This document shows, piece after piece, positions 26,862 to 37,063 of a stretch of DNA of 64,000 nucleotides; the stretch's first letter is position 1, and each line of letters opens with the position of its first letter. This DNA is from Bacteroidota bacterium. Lineage in GTDB: Bacteria > Bacteroidota > Ignavibacteria > UBA10030 > UBA8401. A program made the position numbers and the translations under genes. The stretch is taken from NCBI GenBank assembly GCA_035505655.1, contig DATJQP010000034.1, forward strand, positions 42,568 to 106,567, read 5' to 3'. The notes under the pieces are model-generated. The model was not told where the DNA came from. It searched no databases and worked only from the letters and a program-made list of their open reading frames with translations.

Positions 26862-27443
26862 ATGATCATCATCGACGAAATTACGATCGACCCGAAAGTG
26901 CCCGAAATAAGGTTCGCGTGCGACCTTCTGGCATGCAAGGGGGCGTGCTGCACCCTCAAAGGAGGGCGAGGGGCTCCGCTCACCGATGACGAGGTCGACG
27001 AGATCTACGCGGCTTATCCGGTCGTCAGAAAGTACCTGCCTGCCGAGCATCTTCGCTGGGTGCGCGAGCACGGACTCGTGGAGGGCGGACCTGGAAGCTA
27101 CGCTACTGAGTGCAAGGACGAAGGAGCTTGCGTCTTCGTGTTCTACGAGAACGGGGTGGCGAAGTGTTCTTTCGAAAAGGCTTACTTGAACGGAGAGATC
27201 CAGTGGCGAAAACCTGTCTCGTGTCATCTCTTCCCTCTCCGTGCACGGAAAGGCTCCACACCGGAGCTGAGGTTCGAGTACATTCATGAGTGTGAACCGG
27301 CCCTGGCGCGAGGCGCGAGGGAGAATATCCATCTCTTCCGATTTCTGAAAGATGTCATCGAGCGGAAGTACGGCGCTGCCTGGTACGCCCGGTTCATGAT
27401 GGAGTGTGAGAATCGCGGTGTCGTAGCGGGGGAACAAGAATAG
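26862..27443 (+). CDS. DUF3109-family Cys-rich protein
   Basis: MIIIDEITIDPKVPEIRFACDLLACKGACCTLKGGRGAPL is the N-terminal pattern I recall for DUF3109. I trimmed the start to the ATG at 26862; the track start is a TTG at 26847. Confidence 0.55.
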   Translation: MIIIDEITIDPKVPEIRFACDLLACKGACCTLKGGRGAPLTDDEVDEIYAAYPVVRKYLPAEHLRWVREHGLVEGGPGSYATECKDEGACVFVFYENGVAKCSFEKAYLNGEIQWRKPVSCHLFPLRARKGSTPELRFEYIHECEPALARGARENIHLFRFLKDVIERKYGAAWYARFMMECENRGVVAGEQE

Positions 27444-27449
27444 GTCCGT

Positions 27450-28892
27450 ATGCTCCAGATCTCGCAACAACAGCGTCTTCTTCAGAAACTCACTCCGCAG
27501 CAGATTCAGTACCTCAAGCTTCTTCAGCTCCCCACCATTGCGCTCGAACAAAGGATCAAGACTGAGCTCGAACAAAATCCGCTCCTCGAGGAAGGAATCG
27601 AGGACGAGCTGGAACAGACGCAAGAGGAGCCGGTAACTGACGAGACCGCGGAAGCCGACGGGGAATTAAAGAAGGAGAAGGACGAGGAGTTCAGCTTCGA
27701 GGACTTCGTCAACGACGATCACAGCGACGCCCCGAGGGTTGCCGCGGCAAACGACGATGAGGAGCGCGAGGAGATTCCGATTTCGGCTCCGGAAGCGCTC
27801 ACCCAGAAACTCCGCTCCCAGCTCCAGCTGGCCGACCTTACCGACGTCGGGATGCTCGTCGCAGAGGAGATCATCGGCAACATCGACGAAGACGGATACC
27901 TCCGACGGGAACTTGCCCTCATCGTTCAGGATCTCAATCTCTCGCACCATCTTCAGCTCACCGTCGCCCAGGCCGAGCTCGTCCTCAAACGGATCCAGAG
28001 ACTCGAACCAGTCGGCATCGGCTCCCGGACGCTCCAGGAATGTCTCCTCGTCCAGCTCGAAGCCCGCGACTTTGATCCACGGCTCAAGGAGATCGCCCGG
28101 GTCATGCTCGAACAGTTTTTCGATGAATTCACGAAGAAGCACTTCGAGCAGCTTTCGAAACTCCTCGGTGTCCCCCTCAACGAGGTGAAAGAAGTCCTCG
28201 ACCTCGTCTCGCATCTAGACCCCAAACCCGGGGAAGGCGAGATCACGACGCAGGAGAACTACATCACCGTCGATTTCCTCGTTCATTTCGAAGACGGCGA
28301 GTTTATCATCCAGCTCAACGATAAAAACATTCCCCCGCTGAGGATCAACAAAGAGTACCGGGAGCTCATGTCGAGGAAGAAAAAGAACGGCGTGAGCCCC
28401 GAGACAAAGACCTTTATCAGGCAGAAGTTTGAGGCGGCGAAGTGGTTTATCGCCTCGATCTACCAGCGACGGGATACCATGCTCCGCGTCATGCGAACGA
28501 TCGTGGACAAGCAGAGGGAGTTCTTCGAGTTCGGCGAAGGGCTCAAGCCGATGATCTACAAAGACATCGCGGAAGTCATCAAGATGGACATCTCGACGAT
28601 CAGCCGGGTTGTGAACGGGAAATACGTCCAGACCGATTTCGGGGTCTATGAACTGAGGTACTTCTTCAGCGAAGGGATCAGCACCCAGTCGGGAGAGGAT
28701 GTATCGAACAAGGAAGTGAAGCTGAGAATCAAGGAGATCCTCGAGACCGAGGATCCGCACAAACCGCTCAGCGACGACCGCATCGCGGAGATTCTCAACG
28801 AGCGGGGTTTCAACATTGCCCGCAGGACGGTCGCGAAGTACCGCGAATCGATGATGATCCCGGTCGCCCGGCTTCGCAGGAAAATATCCTAG
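27450..28892 (+). CDS. rpoN: RNA polymerase sigma-54 factor
   Basis: 480 aa with a Gln/Leu-rich region I (QQQRLLQKLTPQQIQYLKLLQL), an acidic region II and the C-terminal RpoN box ARRTVAKYRE. Confidence 0.9.
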   Translation: MLQISQQQRLLQKLTPQQIQYLKLLQLPTIALEQRIKTELEQNPLLEEGIEDELEQTQEEPVTDETAEADGELKKEKDEEFSFEDFVNDDHSDAPRVAAANDDEEREEIPISAPEALTQKLRSQLQLADLTDVGMLVAEEIIGNIDEDGYLRRELALIVQDLNLSHHLQLTVAQAELVLKRIQRLEPVGIGSRTLQECLLVQLEARDFDPRLKEIARVMLEQFFDEFTKKHFEQLSKLLGVPLNEVKEVLDLVSHLDPKPGEGEITTQENYITVDFLVHFEDGEFIIQLNDKNIPPLRINKEYRELMSRKKKNGVSPETKTFIRQKFEAAKWFIASIYQRRDTMLRVMRTIVDKQREFFEFGEGLKPMIYKDIAEVIKMDISTISRVVNGKYVQTDFGVYELRYFFSEGISTQSGEDVSNKEVKLRIKEILETEDPHKPLSDDRIAEILNERGFNIARRTVAKYRESMMIPVARLRRKIS

Positions 28893-28913
28893 AATCAGCC
28901 AAACGGTGACACG

Positions 28914-29450
28914 ATGGAGAATCGGATCCATTCAACAACGATTGTGGGCCTCTCGCGCAACGGAAAGGTTGCCCTGGCGAGCGACGGGCAGGTCACCCTC
29001 GGGAACACCGTCGTCAAGCACACGGCGAAAAAGGTCCAGAAGCTTTACAATAATTCGATCCTCGTGGGCTTCGCGGGTGCAGCCGCAGACGCATTCACGC
29101 TGATGGAACGCTTCGAGGAAAAGCTTCAGAAGCACCAGGGAAATCTCGAACGTTCCGCCGTCGAGCTTGCCAAGGACTGGCGCATGGACAAGTACCTCCG
29201 CCGGCTTGAGGCGATGATCGGCGTACTCGACAAGCAGCACGCGTACATCATTTCGGGGACCGGCGATGTCATCACTCCGGACGACGGCATTGTCGCGATT
29301 GGCTCCGGTGGACCCTACGCCCTCGCAGCGGCGAGAATGCTCCTTAAGTATACCTCCCTTTCCAGCCGCGAGATCGTCGAGCAGGCGATGAAGACCGCCG
29401 CCGACATCTGCATCTATACGAACGAGCACATCACCATCGAGGAACTATAA
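28914..29450 (+). CDS. hslV: ATP-dependent protease subunit HslV
   Basis: 178 aa with [21 protein letters not shown] (N-terminal nucleophile Thr after a 7-residue leader), followed by hslU. Confidence 0.9.
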   Translation: MENRIHSTTIVGLSRNGKVALASDGQVTLGNTVVKHTAKKVQKLYNNSILVGFAGAAADAFTLMERFEEKLQKHQGNLERSAVELAKDWRMDKYLRRLEAMIGVLDKQHAYIISGTGDVITPDDGIVAIGSGGPYALAAARMLLKYTSLSSREIVEQAMKTAADICIYTNEHITIEEL

Positions 29451-29454
29451 TCGG

Positions 29455-30882
29455 ATGAAGCTCAATACCCCCGAAGAAGGTCCTGTCCCCGCTCCGAAGT
29501 CCGGACCGAAATCCGGGACGGTGAAGGAACTCACCCCCACGGAGATCGTCCGCGAGCTCGACAAGTACATCATCGGCCAGCACGACGCGAAGAAATCCGT
29601 CGCCATCGCGCTGCGCAACCGCTGGAGACGCCTCCAGGTTCCGGAGAACCTGCGGGAAGAGATCATGCCGAACAATATCATCCTCATCGGACCAACCGGC
29701 GTGGGCAAGACTGAAATCGCTCGGCGTCTCGCAAAGCTCGCGAACGCACCGTTCATCAAGGTCGAAGCGTCGAAGTTTACCGAGGTTGGCTATGTCGGGC
29801 GCGACGTCGACTCCATGATCCGGGATCTCACCGAGCTCGCCGTGGTCATGGTGAAGGCGGAAAAGACGTCCGAGGTCCAGGAGAAGGCGGAGCAGCTCGC
29901 GGTCGAACGGATCCTCGACATTCTCATCCCGTCGGTCCGGAAGACGAAGGCTGAAGCTTCCACTTCGGCCGATTCACCGTCCGACGAAGAGCTTAACGAA
30001 AAAACCCGTGAGAGGTTTAGGGAAAGGATCAAAGCCGGGCTGCTCGACGCCAGGATCATCGAGCTTGACCTGCCGAGCGAACAATTCCCCGCCATGCAAA
30101 TTCTCGGGCCGATGAACCTCGAAGAGATCGGCGTAAACCTCCACGATGTTTTCGGCAACCTGATGCCGAAGAAGATGAAAAAGCGAAAGCTCTCGGTCGC
30201 GGAGGCCAAGAAGATCCTCGTCCAGGAGGAAGCGCAGAAGCTCATCGACCAGGATGTCGCGGTGAAGGAGGCGATCCACCGGGTCGAGAACTCGGGGATC
30301 GTTTTCCTCGACGAAGTCGACAAGATCGCCGGAAGCCGCGGGACAACGGGGGGTCCGGACGTCTCGCGTGAAGGGGTTCAGCGTGATCTTCTCCCCATCG
30401 TCGAGGGATCGACGGTGGCGACAAAATACGGCATGGTCCGCACCGACCACGTTCTTTTTATCGCTTCTGGCGCGTTCCACGTCTCGAAGCCTTCCGACCT
30501 GATTCCCGAGCTTCAGGGCCGATTTCCGATACGAGTTGAGCTCAAGAGTCTCACCGAAGACGATTTCGTGAAAATCCTCACCCTCCCGCAGAATGCACTC
30601 ATCAAACAGTACACGGCACTGTTGAAGCCCGATAATGTCGAAATTGAGTTCACACAAGAGGCCATCGGCGCGATCGCGCGAATCGCGACACAGGTGAACG
30701 AAGAGGTGGAAAACATCGGTGCCCGGCGCCTCCACACCATCATGACTTCCCTTCTCGAAGAGATTCTTTTCGACGCCCCCGAAAATGTCGCCTCCGCAAA
30801 GCTCTCCATCACAAAGGAACTCGTCGAGCAGAAGCTAAGCGCCATCGTTCGGGACAAGGATCTGAGCCGATTCATTCTCTGA
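29455..30882 (+). CDS. hslU: ATP-dependent protease ATPase subunit HslU
   Basis: 475 aa with Walker [27 protein letters not shown] and an I-domain insertion. Confidence 0.95.
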   Translation: MKLNTPEEGPVPAPKSGPKSGTVKELTPTEIVRELDKYIIGQHDAKKSVAIALRNRWRRLQVPENLREEIMPNNIILIGPTGVGKTEIARRLAKLANAPFIKVEASKFTEVGYVGRDVDSMIRDLTELAVVMVKAEKTSEVQEKAEQLAVERILDILIPSVRKTKAEASTSADSPSDEELNEKTRERFRERIKAGLLDARIIELDLPSEQFPAMQILGPMNLEEIGVNLHDVFGNLMPKKMKKRKLSVAEAKKILVQEEAQKLIDQDVAVKEAIHRVENSGIVFLDEVDKIAGSRGTTGGPDVSREGVQRDLLPIVEGSTVATKYGMVRTDHVLFIASGAFHVSKPSDLIPELQGRFPIRVELKSLTEDDFVKILTLPQNALIKQYTALLKPDNVEIEFTQEAIGAIARIATQVNEEVENIGARRLHTIMTSLLEEILFDAPENVASAKLSITKELVEQKLSAIVRDKDLSRFIL

Positions 30883-30962
30883 GGGAAGACCTCCCCAGCC
30901 TCCGGCGACGCTGGGGAAACGAACCTGGCGCCCCGTTCTCCGAATGCCGTTCAACAACAAAA

Positions 30963-30999
30963 AACCCGGCGAGGGTGTTCGCCGGGTTTCGTTTTTTTT
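30963..30999. terminator. Bidirectional rho-independent terminator between hslU and the convergent OM-barrel gene
   Basis: Stem aacccggcg (30963-30971) / cgccgggtt (30980-30988), followed by a T-run at 30992-30999. An A-rich tract upstream gives a T-run on the opposite strand. Confidence 0.8.
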
Positions 31000-31014
31000 G
31001 CGCCCGCTCTCCCG

Positions 31015-32493
31015 CTAGATGCGGAACCTCATCCCCAAAGTGAACGAGCCATTTCGGAAACTGTTCGGACTTGTCAACAGCGCGATGCTCTCCGTCCCGA
31101 AGTCGAGATCCCACACCGGCGTATTGATCCCCATGCCGAGCGCCCAGCTAAACCTCTCACGTCCGCCGATGGAGATCCCGGTCCGGATCGGCAGCATGCC
31201 GATGGGCCGGTATTCAGTCCCCAACGAAAAGCGCGGCGATGTGGAATTTCCAGGTTCATTGTTGAATCCGAAGTGAAGATCGGCCGCCACGAGCAGTCTT
31301 CCCGGAAAGTGCGTGATGAACGGCGCCTGATCCAGCTGGAACGCCGCTCCGAGGTTCAGAGCCGTGGGAAGGCTTGTCTTGAAGGAGGTGGTGTCTCGGG
31401 TAGATCCCTTGAACGCGTTCTTCACCGAATCCTGATCCTGGATATCCGAAACCGTGAATCCTCCCGACCCGACGATCGCCTTCGTGAATTTGTTCCATGT
31501 AACTTTCCCAATATCGGTGACGCTGGCCGCAAGCCTCAATCCCTGAAAGAACTGCCCCGACACTCCGAGGTCGAAGCCGATTCCGGTTCCGGCCGGCTTG
31601 GTCATATAATGTGCGATGCTATCGCTCTGGAACGGAATGTGCGACTGGTACTGGAGGAAGTTCACATTTCCCGTCAACGGCTGCTGAACGGGGAGCACTT
31701 GTCCGGCATCGGTCGTAAATGTGGACGGGGCAACCTGGATACTCCCCGTGTAGTGGTCCGTGCCGAAATATCCAAATCCCTGAACATACTTGATCCCGAT
31801 GCCAACGGCGATCTCCTTTGCCCACGAGAGCTGCACTGGGAGCATTCGCGCATACGACAGGTTGTATTCCCTCAGCCACGATGCCGTCACCGAAGTGTTG
31901 TCGAGCGAATAGGACGCACCCGAGGCCGGAAACGCGTCGAGCGCCATCTTCAGGTACCCCTCGGGGATATCCATGTTTACTCCGACCTGGTCGCTCACCG
32001 AGAATCCGATGCCTCCCAGCTTTTCACCGTGCACCGTAAATCCAAATTCAGTGATGTCGAAGTCGACTTGAGTGTGCGCGACTCCTCCGGGGAAGAGCCC
32101 GAGGATTGCGTCCTTGTCCGATTGAGAGAGGAGTTTTCCGACGCGGATAGTATTACCGTCTTTGTCCTTCACCGGCTGACCGTTCTTGAGACTATCCTGG
32201 CCGGTGAAGTAGTCCTGATAAATACCGTAGTTGAGAAGATCGCTCCCGGCGCGGAACCCGAATGGGGCAATCTCAAACGTCACCCAACTGCCGCGGTCGT
32301 CGAGGGCAAGGTTGGCCGGATTCAAGCCTATGGCGTCGAGCCCCCGGGATGATGCCGTAAAGGTCCTCGCCATTCCGATGATCTGTCCCGAGACCCTGTC
32401 TTCTCCCGCTCTTGTAGTCCGTGTCGACGCGATGCCGAGAAGGATCACCAGCCCCACCACGACCAGGGAACGTCGCTCATACACGTTGTTCAT
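31015..32493 (-). CDS. Outer-membrane beta-barrel protein (PorV/FadL-like N-terminal motif), function unknown
   Basis: Signal peptide, then GMARTFTASSRGLDAIGLNPANLAL, alternating amphipathic strands and a C-terminus FTLGMRFRI. I trimmed the start to the ATG at 32493, preceded by AAGGAG; the track start at 32514 is a TTG. Confidence 0.55.
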   Translation of the reverse strand: MNNVYERRSLVVVGLVILLGIASTRTTRAGEDRVSGQIIGMARTFTASSRGLDAIGLNPANLALDDRGSWVTFEIAPFGFRAGSDLLNYGIYQDYFTGQDSLKNGQPVKDKDGNTIRVGKLLSQSDKDAILGLFPGGVAHTQVDFDITEFGFTVHGEKLGGIGFSVSDQVGVNMDIPEGYLKMALDAFPASGASYSLDNTSVTASWLREYNLSYARMLPVQLSWAKEIAVGIGIKYVQGFGYFGTDHYTGSIQVAPSTFTTDAGQVLPVQQPLTGNVNFLQYQSHIPFQSDSIAHYMTKPAGTGIGFDLGVSGQFFQGLRLAASVTDIGKVTWNKFTKAIVGSGGFTVSDIQDQDSVKNAFKGSTRDTTSFKTSLPTALNLGAAFQLDQAPFITHFPGRLLVAADLHFGFNNEPGNSTSPRFSLGTEYRPIGMLPIRTGISIGGRERFSWALGMGINTPVWDLDFGTESIALLTSPNSFRNGSFTLGMRFRI

Positions 32494-32532
32494 TGTTTTG
32501 CTCCTTTGAGTCAATGGTCATGAGTGGTGGGA

Positions 32533-34782
32533 TTATTTGAGGCTGTCCGGGTTGACGGTATACTGCACGCTGACGTACCCCCTGAGACGGACCGCGTAGT
32601 TGCTGTTGAACTTCACCGGCTGGCTCGATCCCGATGTATTCATATGCACGTTTACGACAACGAACTGTGCCGGATTGATCTGACTGACGTCGTTTCTGGT
32701 CAGGCCGATGATGATCCCGGAAAGTCCGTTGGGCGAGTTCGGCCGGGATGCATAGCGGGCGCTATCCGCACGGATCGACCCGCTCTTCGGCAATGTCAGC
32801 AGCGTGGTCGACGTGTCGGGGATCGACTTGTTCGTGGCCTTGCCGGGGAGGAGTTTCGACGTGACATCAAGCTGGAAGGGGAATCCGTTCGTGATCGTAA
32901 AGATGACGTTTCCGCTGTCAATCAAGGCAAGGCTCTTTTTGTCGATCTTGTTCCCGGATGTGTCGCCAATAGAGACCGTGTCCGCAAAGACGCCGTTGAT
33001 GATCCCGACGCGAACCGGGAAGAGGAAGTCGAGGGATGTGAAAACGCTGTCTCCGACCTTTACGGTCCCGGTGCTATCGGCGTACTGGTAATACGCCTTC
33101 GGATCGACGACGGCCTGGCCGGTGACGATGAACTTGCTCGGGAGGCTCCCCTGTCCCCCGACAAAAAAGCTTGAGAGGAACTGATCGATTCTGCTCGTCG
33201 TCTTGTTGAAGACAACCTGCCTTTGGATGCCAGGGTAGATCCGGAGAGTGTCAGGGATGTTCGTCCCGGTTTTGAAGGGGACAAGCGAGTCACGCCGCGC
33301 TCCCTTATTGTCGAGACCGATGACTTTCATGATCAGGTCGGTGGGGAATGCGCCGGTGCTGAGGATCTTCAGTGTGATGGAAACAGAGTCGAATTTGATG
33401 CTGTCCGCGCTGAATTTATTCCCGATATCTCCGATCGCGGCATCGACGGTCTCATTGATCGGAACGTAGGTGGGTTTAACCTTCCCGATGACCTTGCTGA
33501 GGATGTAGGTCTTTCTCGGCGGAGACTGCGTGTTGTTCAGCGGCGTCACATCGACCCGCACGGAGTCGTCTTTGGAAATGACAACCCTTCCCTGCGTTAC
33601 CCCCAGGGTCTTGATGTTGATGGCGAAATTGACGTTTGGAACTGAAAGCGTGTCGAGTCTTCCTCCGATTATCGTGTCGTGCTGGGACTGTATTGCATAG
33701 TTCTTCATGCTCACGGTCTGCACGAAGACGCTGTTTGGCCCCACGATGCCGCTCGTATCGCCGGTCGCATCATTCTTGAGCTTGAAGGGAGCTCCCGTGA
33801 CGCGGTCGACAAATTCCTTCAACGCGAATCCGACCGAGATGCTGGTCGAAATGTCGTTCGTAATCTTGATCTGGAAGCCGCCGTCGCTGAACTCCGCCCG
33901 CTTGATCTTCGTCGAATCGTCGATGAGCTGGACGGCCGAATCGGGGTTATTGAAAACGGGGTAGGAGACTGACAACTGCACCTTGGCCTTCTGGAGCGTC
34001 GCGATGCCGCCGCTTGTTCCGCCGATCGTCAGGTGCGAGACAAGGGTCTGCGTGTTCGTCACCGTCTTTCCGGAGGCTCCCGACGTCGTCACCGTCGACT
34101 GCATTTTGAGGTTCGCACTCATGAGCTTCCCCGAGACGTTTGCCGTCTTCGTCGCGCTGGAATTAGCCGCGATGGTCGTGAAAGCGAAGTTCGCAACGAC
34201 CGCCTGGTCCTGGTCGACGTTTACCAGCTGGACGCCGCTCTGGAAGCTGATCGCGAACGGAAAGTTGTTCGTGATCTGAAGAGTCATGAGGCCGTCCTGG
34301 AACACCAGGTAGTCGTACGTCGCTGTCGGATTGCTTATAACGTTGTTGAGGGTGACCGTCGCGTCGGGGCCCAGGTAGGTGATGCCGTTACCTGGGTCCA
34401 CGCCGAAAAGATCCTTGAAGCTTATCGTGACGTCGGGAATCGTCGGCACCGTGAGGGGGACGAGGCCGAGCTTCTGGGAGACCGAGCTGGGAGCCGGGGT
34501 CAACTCCGGAAGGACGATCGCCGTCGGTTTATTGACGAGCGACGAGGGACGATATTCGACGCTTCCGGTCGTGGAATCGATAATGAACTTCGGATCCTTC
34601 GCGATCATCTGTCCGAACGTCCAGGTACGGTCGATGAGGCCGATGTTGAGCGGCACGGTCCACGCGGGGGCTTTCGGCTTCATCGGGTTCTTGATGCAGC
34701 GGTACGAAACCGGAGCCGTGACGAGAAGGATGATCAGGAGAAGGATATTCATCTTCCCCGAAGCCCTGGGTGCGGTCACCAT
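32533..34782 (-). CDS. Large secreted, possibly lipid-anchored beta-rich protein of unknown function with repeated ITNxFPF strand motifs
   Basis: 749 aa from the ATG at 34782 (GGAGG lies 9 nt upstream). The signal peptide ends ...VTAPVSYRC. The protein is Thr/Ser/Asn/Val-rich. The repeated motifs are LQITNNFPFAISF, FQIKITNDISTSISVGF and VIFTITNGFPFQLDV. I recognised no catalytic motif. Confidence 0.5.
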   Translation of the reverse strand: MVTAPRASGKMNILLLIILLVTAPVSYRCIKNPMKPKAPAWTVPLNIGLIDRTWTFGQMIAKDPKFIIDSTTGSVEYRPSSLVNKPTAIVLPELTPAPSSVSQKLGLVPLTVPTIPDVTISFKDLFGVDPGNGITYLGPDATVTLNNVISNPTATYDYLVFQDGLMTLQITNNFPFAISFQSGVQLVNVDQDQAVVANFAFTTIAANSSATKTANVSGKLMSANLKMQSTVTTSGASGKTVTNTQTLVSHLTIGGTSGGIATLQKAKVQLSVSYPVFNNPDSAVQLIDDSTKIKRAEFSDGGFQIKITNDISTSISVGFALKEFVDRVTGAPFKLKNDATGDTSGIVGPNSVFVQTVSMKNYAIQSQHDTIIGGRLDTLSVPNVNFAINIKTLGVTQGRVVISKDDSVRVDVTPLNNTQSPPRKTYILSKVIGKVKPTYVPINETVDAAIGDIGNKFSADSIKFDSVSITLKILSTGAFPTDLIMKVIGLDNKGARRDSLVPFKTGTNIPDTLRIYPGIQRQVVFNKTTSRIDQFLSSFFVGGQGSLPSKFIVTGQAVVDPKAYYQYADSTGTVKVGDSVFTSLDFLFPVRVGIINGVFADTVSIGDTSGNKIDKKSLALIDSGNVIFTITNGFPFQLDVTSKLLPGKATNKSIPDTSTTLLTLPKSGSIRADSARYASRPNSPNGLSGIIIGLTRNDVSQINPAQFVVVNVHMNTSGSSQPVKFNSNYAVRLRGYVSVQYTVNPDSLK

Positions 34783-34985
34783 GGTGAAGTCCTCCAATAG
34801 GGTATACTGTAATTGATGCTGGAAGGAAAACGCGTGCGCGCGGAGACGTCTTTATGCGCACATCGAATAATGTAGATCATCCCCCGGGATCGGGCATTGA
34901 CAAGCGTCATAAAGCTCGAAAAAACTCCGGGGATGCGCCGGTGCCGGTTCCTACGTGAGACACCCGACACCGGCAACTTCGAACG

Positions 34986-35318
34986 CTAATGGATTTTTTC
35001 TTCTTTGGTGGGAAGCTGGAATCCAAACCCATGTGCCGGGGGTTCATCGCCGAGAATCTTGATCTCTCCGAACTTCGCTTCGTATTTCTCGATATTGTCT
35101 TTCAGTGCATTGAGCAGGAGACGCCCGTGCTGCGGCGTCATGACGATTCTTGCGAACACCTTGGCCTTCGGGACTCCCGGAAGGATCCTTGTAAAGTCGA
35201 TAACGAACTCCGCGGGCGAGTGGGTGATGATCGCCAGATTGGAGTAGATTCCTTCCGATTCTTTTTCGCCCAGCTCGATGTTGATCTGTTGACCGGCTGG
35301 CGGTTGTGGATTGTTCAT
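34986..35318 (-). CDS. DUF3467-family small protein
   Basis: INIELGEKESEGIYSNLAIITHSPAEFVIDFTRILPGVPKAKVFARIVMTPQHGRLLLNALKDNIEKYE matches the DUF3467 pattern as I recall it. I chose the ATG at 35318 (AGGAG upstream); the track start at 35363 is a GTG. Confidence 0.6.
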   Translation of the reverse strand: MNNPQPPAGQQINIELGEKESEGIYSNLAIITHSPAEFVIDFTRILPGVPKAKVFARIVMTPQHGRLLLNALKDNIEKYEAKFGEIKILGDEPPAHGFGFQLPTKEEKIH

Positions 35319-35372
35319 TGCTTCTCCTCGCGAACGACCGAAATGATCGGCCGGAGACGGCACCGTCTCAGA

Positions 35373-36815
35373 TTAGTTCTTCCCTTTTCTCAAAGCGTCG
35401 GCCTTGTTGTAGGCGTCGACCGCCTTCTCCTTCATATTGAGGTTTGCATAGACCTGACCGAGCAACTCGAGCATCTGGATATTGTCGGTCTTCTCCGCGA
35501 CGACCCTCTCGAGGTACGGAAGCGCCATCCGGTATTTTTCTTTGTAAGAAACGTCGTCCTCTTTCCCTGCCGCCTTCATCCTTGCCTGTTCGGATACACC
35601 CCAGTTAACACACGCCGCGGCGATATTGTACACCACGGAGGAGGAAAACGCCGGGTCGTACTTCCGCCCCTTGGCGGTATCGACCTTCTCCGCGGAATCA
35701 AGAGCCAACGAGGTTTTGAATTGGTCAATAGCGTCGGCGAATGATGAGTCTTTCATCAGGAATACGCCGAGATTGTAGTGATCGAATTTGCTCTCCGGAT
35801 ATTTCTTGACCCGCTCGCTGAGGAGCGATCGTGCCTCTTCATCCTTCGCGGCGCCGATATAGGCGTTCATGAGCGTCTCTGAGACCTCTGCGTCTTCCGG
35901 ATATACTGCCTGCGCCTTTTTCAGCACGTCGACGGCTTTAACGCACTCCGCGACCGCCTGGAAGTAATAGGTCGAATCGACGAACGGCGCATAGGGCTTG
36001 TCGTTGTCAAACTTCATCTTTGTCACATCACCCCCTTCGACACTCAGGGTGAGATGGTAATGCTCGATCCTCCAGGTCTCCTTCGTATCCCCCTTCTTCG
36101 GCTTCGCCGGTTTTGAGACGGAGATCATCGAGTCTCCGAGAAGGTACCGGACATCCGCGGCCTTCATTTTTTCCTGAATTTGGGTGAGGCTTCTTGCGTC
36201 GTCGAATGCCGCGCGGTTCATGTCTAGAAACTTTGCCTTGAGGACATTGGCGCTGTCGAGATACATCCTTCCGAGGAGCTTCGCGGCGAGAAGGTCCTTC
36301 CCTTTGTTCAACGCGATCGAGAGTTGACTCTCCGCGTTCACCATGTCACCCTTCCGGTAGTATGCAAGGCCCAGATTGCGCTGAGTGAGAAGACTATCGG
36401 GCTCCATGAGGACCGCGGTCTTGAAGTACGAGATTGCGTCGTCAAGATACGACGCGGTGTCGGCTGCCTTGTTTATCGCATCGACGGCCTGATTGAAGAG
36501 CTTGCCCCACGTGCTGAGTTCGATGCTTTGAATATCCTTCTGATGAGTCGGCGCGACAGCCATCGCTTTGTCAAACGCATCCTTCATCCCCTCGTAATCT
36601 TTCAGCTCAAGCCTGACCTGGCCGAGGAGGTAATACGCCTCGTCGTTTTTCGGATTCTTCGCGACTTCCTTCTCGAGCTGCTTCGCCGCGTTCGGATAAT
36701 CCTTCCGCTGGAGATAGAGTTTTGCGCTCGTCATCTCGGACGATGCACACTGAAAACCTGTGGTGAGGAACGCCGCGAGAACGATTCCGACAATGCCCCA
36801 ATAAAGTAGTTTCAT
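35373..36815 (-). CDS. TPR-repeat lipoprotein
   Basis: I trimmed the start to the ATG at 36815 (MKLLYWGIVGIVLAAFLTTGFQC, a signal peptide with a Cys). The protein has multiple TPR-like A/Y/L repeats (AKQLEKEVAKNPKNDEAYYLLGQV..., AVDAYNKADALRKG). Confidence 0.7.
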   Translation of the reverse strand: MKLLYWGIVGIVLAAFLTTGFQCASSEMTSAKLYLQRKDYPNAAKQLEKEVAKNPKNDEAYYLLGQVRLELKDYEGMKDAFDKAMAVAPTHQKDIQSIELSTWGKLFNQAVDAINKAADTASYLDDAISYFKTAVLMEPDSLLTQRNLGLAYYRKGDMVNAESQLSIALNKGKDLLAAKLLGRMYLDSANVLKAKFLDMNRAAFDDARSLTQIQEKMKAADVRYLLGDSMISVSKPAKPKKGDTKETWRIEHYHLTLSVEGGDVTKMKFDNDKPYAPFVDSTYYFQAVAECVKAVDVLKKAQAVYPEDAEVSETLMNAYIGAAKDEEARSLLSERVKKYPESKFDHYNLGVFLMKDSSFADAIDQFKTSLALDSAEKVDTAKGRKYDPAFSSSVVYNIAAACVNWGVSEQARMKAAGKEDDVSYKEKYRMALPYLERVVAEKTDNIQMLELLGQVYANLNMKEKAVDAYNKADALRKGKN

Positions 36816-37063
36816 GCTGTTATCCTTCTGATTCGATCGTTGATCTTCTTTACGATTGAAAAATATCGTGAAAATATAGGGAAAAACAGCCTTATAGTCA
36901 ATCTTTCGGCCGGGAGTACATGCCGGGCCGGTCATCGATGGGGTTCGGACGGAAATCGGTCGAGAGGTTCCCGCACCGCTCATCACCTGGCGCCATGTTG
37001 ATTTCACCTCTTCATTTCCTTACTTTGGTGATAGTTGCTCCTCAGCGGGAACACCGCAAAACC

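Noticed and set aside
28914-29450. HslV with a 7-residue leader (MENRIHS) before the catalytic TT
   Set aside because: Short propeptides before the N-terminal nucleophile are known (for example CodW-type HslV), so this is not unusual.
34776-34976. 66-aa ORF in the gap between the DUF3467 gene and the 749-aa gene
   Set aside because: It is Arg/Ser-rich with no RBS-like sequence. It partly overlaps the preferred start region of the 749-aa gene and is more likely promoter or leader DNA.
36856-36878. Near-repeat tgaaaaatat / tgaaaatata in the divergent TPR-lipoprotein / nfeD promoter region
   Set aside because: It is a short AT-rich near-repeat in a promoter region, probably -10-like or UP-element-like sequence. 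It is not distinctive enough to call an operator.
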